From Nitrospirota bacterium (GTDB lineage Bacteria; Nitrospirota; JACRHJ01), in NCBI GenBank assembly GCA_963845245.1, contig CAWJRJ010000018.1, positions 32,001 through 96,000 on the forward strand: 64,000 bases of DNA. Reading direction: 5' to 3'. A program made the translations under genes and the position numbers. Below the pieces are notes generated by a model. It worked only from the letters and a program-made list of their open reading frames with translations. It made no database searches and had not been told where the DNA came from. Each line of letters opens with the position of its first letter. Positions within the stretch are counted from its first letter, which is position 1. Below are positions 57,701 to 64,000 of this stretch, piece by piece.

Positions 57701-60700
57701 GGATCCGCGCATAAGATAAATTACGCCCCACCCTCAACAGTGGATTGCACAGTGTGCCATGGTAGCAACCATGAGGTGAGCCACAGCTCAACAAACAAGG
57801 TCATAGACCCGGACCCGGCACACCCGACAACTAAAAGTCTGGACATCAGCAGCTCGTCCGCTTTCTGTCTGCAGTGTCACGACGCAACGCCGGTCAACAT
57901 CGGCGGCGCAGTCCCGCCAAACATCCTCGATACGTATACATCCGCGGGACATGGTATGCCCTCCGTATCAGGCGTCATTTGCTCCGACTGCCATGAGCAT
58001 CACGGCTCATACAACAAGAAGCTTATAAAGACGACGATCAGAGGCGCAGTAGTCATATCCAACTACTCTGGCGATAACGCCTCCGTTTGTATCGCCTGCC
58101 ACAAGAGCACTTATCCGACTATACCTTCCTGGCCCGGATACTCGGTTTATTCAAGCTCGATACACTCTTACGGCAACATCAGTACCGGTAACCTGGTGAG
58201 CGACGGGCTCCACGGGGTAGGGGTATGCGTCAACTGCCACAACCCGCATGGCGTAAGGCTTAACGGGAAGACCACCGGGAGCATGCTCTATAAAAACGAA
58301 GAAGACCTCTGTTTCAGGTGCCATAACGGGACAACGCCCAACACGGCAAGTGGTGACAACGTCCAGGCGCGGTTCCAGATGACGACGCACCACAAGATAT
58401 CCGACGCAGATCAGCTAGGACCTGACGGCATCCCGGGTACCGCAGACGATTCCAAGGTGGAATGCTCGGACTGTCACGACCCGCACACCATCACGGAAAA
58501 GCTGATGGGCTTCAAAAACGTCAGCGATGCTGGCGGACAGCGTGTAGTGCCGGTCGTTACCGACCAGGACTTCTGCCTTAAGTGCCATAGTTCAAACCCG
58601 CCACAGAGAGTTAAGTTCCCGCAGCAGGGAAATTGGGACAAGTCGCTCTTCGATAGCTCTGCTCATGGGAATCCTCTTAAGCGCTATAAAGGCTTTGGTA
58701 ATTATTCAAACGGGGTCAAGTATGCTTGCAAGGTCTGCCACAATCCGCACGGCTCTAACCAGGCGGCCCTCCAGAGAGAGTCATGGGACATTAACAGAGA
58801 TGGCATACCTGATGACATCGACGGCGATGGCATACTAGACTCTTCGAACATGGTCGGCTTTATCGGTTACTCTACCGGCACGCGCAAAGTGATGCTTGTC
58901 AGCACCATGGCTGGTATACCATCTAGGGAATCTTTCAGACGCATCTCGACAACTATCCCTGTCCAGGCAAACGGGACGATAGACGTTATGCTATGTCTTA
59001 ATTGCCATGACGGGAACCCGGCCCCGGATGTGAAGTCTGACTTCGATAAGCGGTCCCACCATGACGTGACATACGCAGACCAGGTGGCTGACGGCGGCAG
59101 CAAAATCGAGTGCTACAACTGCCACGACCAGCATCGCGCCCAGGCCAGAAACGACGCTGCGGGCGAGTACCCGACCACCAACCCGGAAGGGCAGCGTGAG
59201 CCGATGCCCGGGGATGCGGCCTTCTGTCTTAAGTGCCACGATAACACGCTTCCTTCCGGAGTATCATTCGGAAGCAAGCAGCTCAAGAACATAAAACTGA
59301 GCTACAATCCAAATAACCGGACTGACGCCAAGGGATACGACATTATAACCTCGTACCAAGGCCATTATGTACAGTCCACCGGCGCTCCTATGATGTGCCG
59401 CGACTGCCACAACCAACACGGCAGCGATTATTCCAAGATGATCAGGGACAACACCGAACCCTCCAAGCCGGGCTACGACTCATCCCAACCGATGCAGGGC
59501 ATGCAATCGGTGGCGCTCAGAGCGTCCGACTCCTTTGGCGGAGGCGACAGCCTGCCGGTATCGTCGACCGCGGAGCGTTGCCTTGCATGTCACAGCGGTG
59601 GGACAACCTATAAAGGCCGCCTGATACCGCTTCCGCCGCCGCCTGATGCCTTCGAGCGCGGGTTCTCGATGTCCGCCGTCGGCAAGCACCCGGAACTCAA
59701 CCCTGCGGTCACGACCCTGGACGAACAAAACGGGCATATATACAGGAGTACGTTCTCGGTCATCACCTCGCCGGGAAGCGTGAAGGACACGTGCACCCTT
59801 TGCCATGACTCTCATAACCCATATATAAAGACGATCGACGGAGAACTCACGGACTGCTACCGTTGCCATAACCAGAACACCTCCCTGCCTGACGTGCAGA
59901 CGGAGTTCAACGACAACCCGACAAACCCGACGAGGTCGAAATCCATCCATCCCATAAAGTACGACCCGACGGACAAGGCCTCGACATCTGTAGAGTGTCT
60001 GAAGTGCCACGACCAGTCAAAACACATGCAGGGCACGGTCAGGCTGAGGAAAGACCCGAGCCGGTTCGTGAACTATACATCGGACTCCGGGGTTTGGGCC
60101 AGCCCCGTGGCCAACAGGACGGTAAATCAGTTCTGCCTGGAGTGCCATGACCCAGCCACCACCACTGCGTCAAGTTTCTTCAGGGGCGGTGTCGAGCACG
60201 TGCCCGCAAAACTTCCGGCCGGGTATGCTGCAGGGGCGCATTTTGTCAACGGCAGCCTGCTTTGCACCGACTGCCATGAATATCACGGCTCGACAAATAA
60301 TGGCTTAAGGAAGAACGCGAAGGGCGACGAGGAGACGTTCTGTTACACGTGCCACAGCAACCCCGCCAACAGCATGGACGGTATCAACATAAAGGGCAAG
60401 TTCTCCAATTTGAGCAGCGCAAGCCATCACACTGTTGATGCAACGGAGCAGGCCGCCATGGGCAGCAAGGTCGAGTGTGCGGACTGCCATAACCCGCATT
60501 CAGTGACCAGGACCAGCCCGGTGGTAAATACCAGCGATAATTCGACCGCCATACCTGCGGACGACACTTTCTGTCTTGGTTGCCACAACTCAACAGGTGC
60601 GCCAGGCGTGAAGTTCCCAGGTTACACGACCGGCAAAGCAGGCCCTGAATGGGATCCCAATAATGGAAAATGGAACAAGTGGGACAAGTCAGGATACCTG

Positions 60701-63700
60701 AACACCGCCCATAAGGGCAACAACGTCGCATGTGAGAGGTGCCACGACCCGCACGGGAGCAAAAACTATTCGCTCCTGCTGACTAACATAAGTTCTTCGA
60801 CGAATATAAGCGTACGATTCGGCATACACTCGACAGCTCGCGGTGGGAAAAGGAAGGAAGAAGTAGGGGTCAACGGCGTATGCGGCGCCTGCCACAAGTC
60901 CTCGTTAGGTGTGTACAACGGGTTAGCCAGCTTCACGAGTTCCACATGGGGGAAGAAGAACGGTATAGACAAGAACTGCACATACTGTCACAACCCACAC
61001 TCAAGCCAACCCATGATGATACACTCGAACAAGCCGCTTTATATGAACATGACCTCCAAGAATTTCGGGAGCGCCTATAATTTCAAGCAGAACAGGGGAT
61101 TTTCCAACCAGACTACCGGTGCGCCTTACTATGCGTTCTGCAGCAGCCTCGGATGCCACGCTAGTGAGAGGGCGGCGGTGGACACCTTTAACCTGGACCA
61201 GCCACCCTATAACTATGACGGGGATGTATCCAAAAGTTCGCATCATCCGATCAAGGAAGGCTTAATTGGCTGCAACTCATGCCACAAGGAGCACGGTACG
61301 TCAATCAACCCCTCTGACTATCTCTCGCCAGACTTGAGGGCCACATACGTACGTCAGGCAAGCTGGTTCAAACTCGGCCTCACGCCTGGTCAAACCTTTT
61401 ATGCAAGACAGTTTACCCCTAACCAGATAATTCCGCCTGACAACGCAAACAACCTCTGTATCATGTGCCATCAGAAAGACGACATTATTGGCACGACCGC
61501 GAATGGGATGTCGGGCACCAACACAAAATTCCTCGGCCACGAGGCTGTAAAAGGCGGGGCGTATGTAAGCCACAATATATCTCCTTCCAACAATCCGGTC
61601 AATTCCGACTACCACTCCTTTTCTTGTTCCGCCTGCCATTTCCCTCACAGCAGCTGGAAAGAGAAGCTGCTGCAGGTGGGTTGCATGTCACAGGCGGGTA
61701 CTGTCAGCTACCCGACTGGCTCCGGCTATGATGTATATGATCCAGGCGGACCAGACAACAGCGGAAGCGGTCCAGGCAGTGGTAACAGTAGCGGTAGTGA
61801 TTTGGGCGGCTGCCATGCATACACAGGCTGGTCCGCTTTGGGCCTCAAACATGGCTGGAGAAACCTCACGACAGCCGCCAAGAAGGATTTCGTCAGGCCG
61901 CCGAACGCCGTAGCAGACCTCACTGCGACCATTGGTCAGACGGACAACAATGTCACCTTGAACTGGCACGCGGTTTCAGACGCACCCGGTCAGGGCGCGG
62001 ACCATTATAACGTATACCGCTCCAGCCAGATTATAACGCAGGCCACAAAACCTGACTCAACCAGGATTTACAAAGGTGTCACAGGCCTCAACTCGGGCGC
62101 GGCCATGAGCTGGACCGATACAACTACGCTAAGCAGCGCGACATATTATTATGCGGTTGTGGCGTGCGACTTGGAGGGAAACGAGTCGTTTGTGTCCAAC
62201 TGTGCGGTGGCCGCCTTGGGTGGTGACCGATGGAAGCCCAACGCGATATCAGACCAGCAGACCTTCAGGGAAAGCGCCAAGACCACGGTTAAAGTAACCT
62301 GGCACGACCCGGGCGACACAGGCGACGGTGTTACTCTGTACAATGTGTACAGGATCAACGGGATGACACCGCTTGTGGTCGGTGATATAAAAGACGACAA
62401 CCTCATAGGCGCGGTCTCTGACACCGGCCCGAACGGTGCCTCCGATACAACGCTTTACAATTATGTCGACGCGACAGCAGTGGTGACCCAAAGCTATTCA
62501 TATGCAGTGGTCGCGCTCGATGGGATCGGGAACGTCTCAGCCCTTCCTGCATGCTGCTCCTTCAGCGTGCCCGGCGATACGACACCGCCGCCGGCCATAA
62601 CGACCCAGCAGGTGGCAAGGGTGGCCGGGTCCACCGGCATCAAATTGACATGGAATGACCCGGGCGACGCCGACACCTATGTAGCCTATTACAAGGTCTA
62701 CCGGAAGGCCGGGACTGCCCCGCTTACGGATGCGGACATCATACCCGGCAACTGTATAAAGGATCAGGTCAACGATACAAGCTGGGGCAAGTCGTCCGAC
62801 GGCACTGTTTACACCTACACCGATTACCCTGCAGATGTGACGCAGTCCTATTCATACGCGGTGGTATCCGTTGACGCTGCCGGCAACGTCTCCCACGTTC
62901 CCACCGGCGTCACGTTCACGGTTCCCGGTGATGTTACCGCGCCACCGGCTATATCCACCCAACAGGTTGCAAGGGTGGCCGGCACGACAAATATCAGTGT
63001 TACATGGCGCGACCCGGGCGACGCCGACACATATATAGCCTATTACAAGGTCTACCGGAAGGCCGGTGCTGCCCAGCTTACGGATGCGGACATCATACCA
63101 GGCAACTACCTCAACACGGTAAACGATACAAGCTGGGGCAAGACATCGGATGGCTTGACGTACAGCTTCACCGACCTCAACCCGACGGTGACGCAGTCCT
63201 ATTCATATGCGGTGGTATCCGTTGACGCTGCCGGCAACGTCTCCCACGTTCCCACCGGCGTCACGTTCACGGTTCCCGGTGATATTACCGCGCCCCCGGC
63301 CATAACGACCCAACAGGTGGCAAGGGTCGGCGGCACGACAAATATCAGTGTTACATGGCGCGACCCGGGCGACGCCGACACCTATGTAGCCAGTTACAAG
63401 GTCTACCGGAAGGCCGGGACCGCCCCGCTTACGGATGCGGACATTGTATCCGGCAACTACCTCACCACGGTCAACGATACGAGCTGGGGCAAGACGTCGG
63501 ACGGCATGACGTACAGCTATCACCGACCTCAACCCGACGGTGACGCAGTCCTATTCATACGCGGTGGTATCCGTTGACGCGGCCGGCAACGTCTCCCACG
63601 TGCCCACCGGCGTCACGTTCACGGTTCCCGGTGATACTACCGCGCCCCCGGCCATAACGACACAGCAGATAACACAGCCGGACGGATCCCTTAACGTTAT

Positions 63701-64000
63701 AATTTCATGGCATGACCCAGGCGACGCGGATACGTATGTAACGAACTACAAGGTATACAGGATGGAAAGCTCGTCGCCCATGGCGGACGGAGACATAACC
63801 GGCCCCTATTATCTGAATACCGTGAATGATACATCCTGGGGCAAGACCACAGATGGAAATAACTATTCCTATCAGGATTCTACCTTTACAACCGCCCAGA
63901 TAGGGCATGCATACGCGTATGCGGTAGTCGCCACTGACGCGGCTGGTAATATCTCTCATGTGCCAGCCGGTGTCGTCCTCGTCTATACAGTTGCGGATCC
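54707..64000 (+). CDS. Giant secreted multiheme cytochrome c (50 CxxCH plus atypical motifs) with CBM-like insert and tandem Fn3-like repeats; +1 frameshift near 63519; runs past the window end
   Basis: Signal peptide (SQA); paired CxxCHxxH/CxxCH motifs; after the extra base the frame stays open to 64000 and continues the repeat. Confidence 0.92.
62573..63990 (+). repeat. Tandem ~351-bp intragenic repeats encoding Fn3-like domains
   Basis: Unit starts (GGY-GAT) at 62573, 62927, 63278, 63630; middle units nearly identical at DNA level. Confidence 0.92.

Noticed and set aside
62573..64000. Long direct repeats as a CRISPR array or DGR template/variable repeats
   Set aside because: Units are ~351 bp in-frame coding repeats without spacers; no cas or reverse transcriptase gene is in the window

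Overview
A roughly 55% GC chromosomal segment from a diderm bacterium. Gene order and content suggest a Nitrospirota/Desulfobacterota-like anaerobe or microaerobe (inference only). From left to right it holds: a CbrX/CbrA/CbrB-like system (SLC5-fused sensor kinase plus sigma-54 regulator, with TGTTAC boxes and a sigma-54 promoter); a KimA K+ transporter behind a c-di-AMP riboswitch; a Ser/Thr kinase; an A2-type cytochrome c oxidase operon with a diheme CoxII; DUF58/BatABC VWA genes; tatA/B-tatC; a P3-less Moco-class (tungsten-type) riboswitch ahead of a porin and tupBC; a housekeeping block (cpoB, LysM, dprA, smg, topA, trmFO, xerC, hslVU, argB, thiD, tadA, 2 tRNA-Ser, SRP RNA, dnaX-ybaB-recR) with an orphan lipoprotein gene between hslU and argB; and porCDAB. 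The last 15 kb is the highlight: two giant secreted multiheme cytochromes behind a probable sigma-54 promoter. The first (1882 aa, 42 CxxCH by hand count) ends in five tandem ~250-aa hexaheme modules whose motif order matches the Geobacter OmcS nanowire subunit, a candidate genetically concatenated nanowire. The second (>3000 aa, 50 CxxCH) carries an inserted CBM-like domain and a stalk of Fn3-like repeats that runs off the window. About 16 genes, several of them essential, carry small frameshifts, most likely long-read errors.
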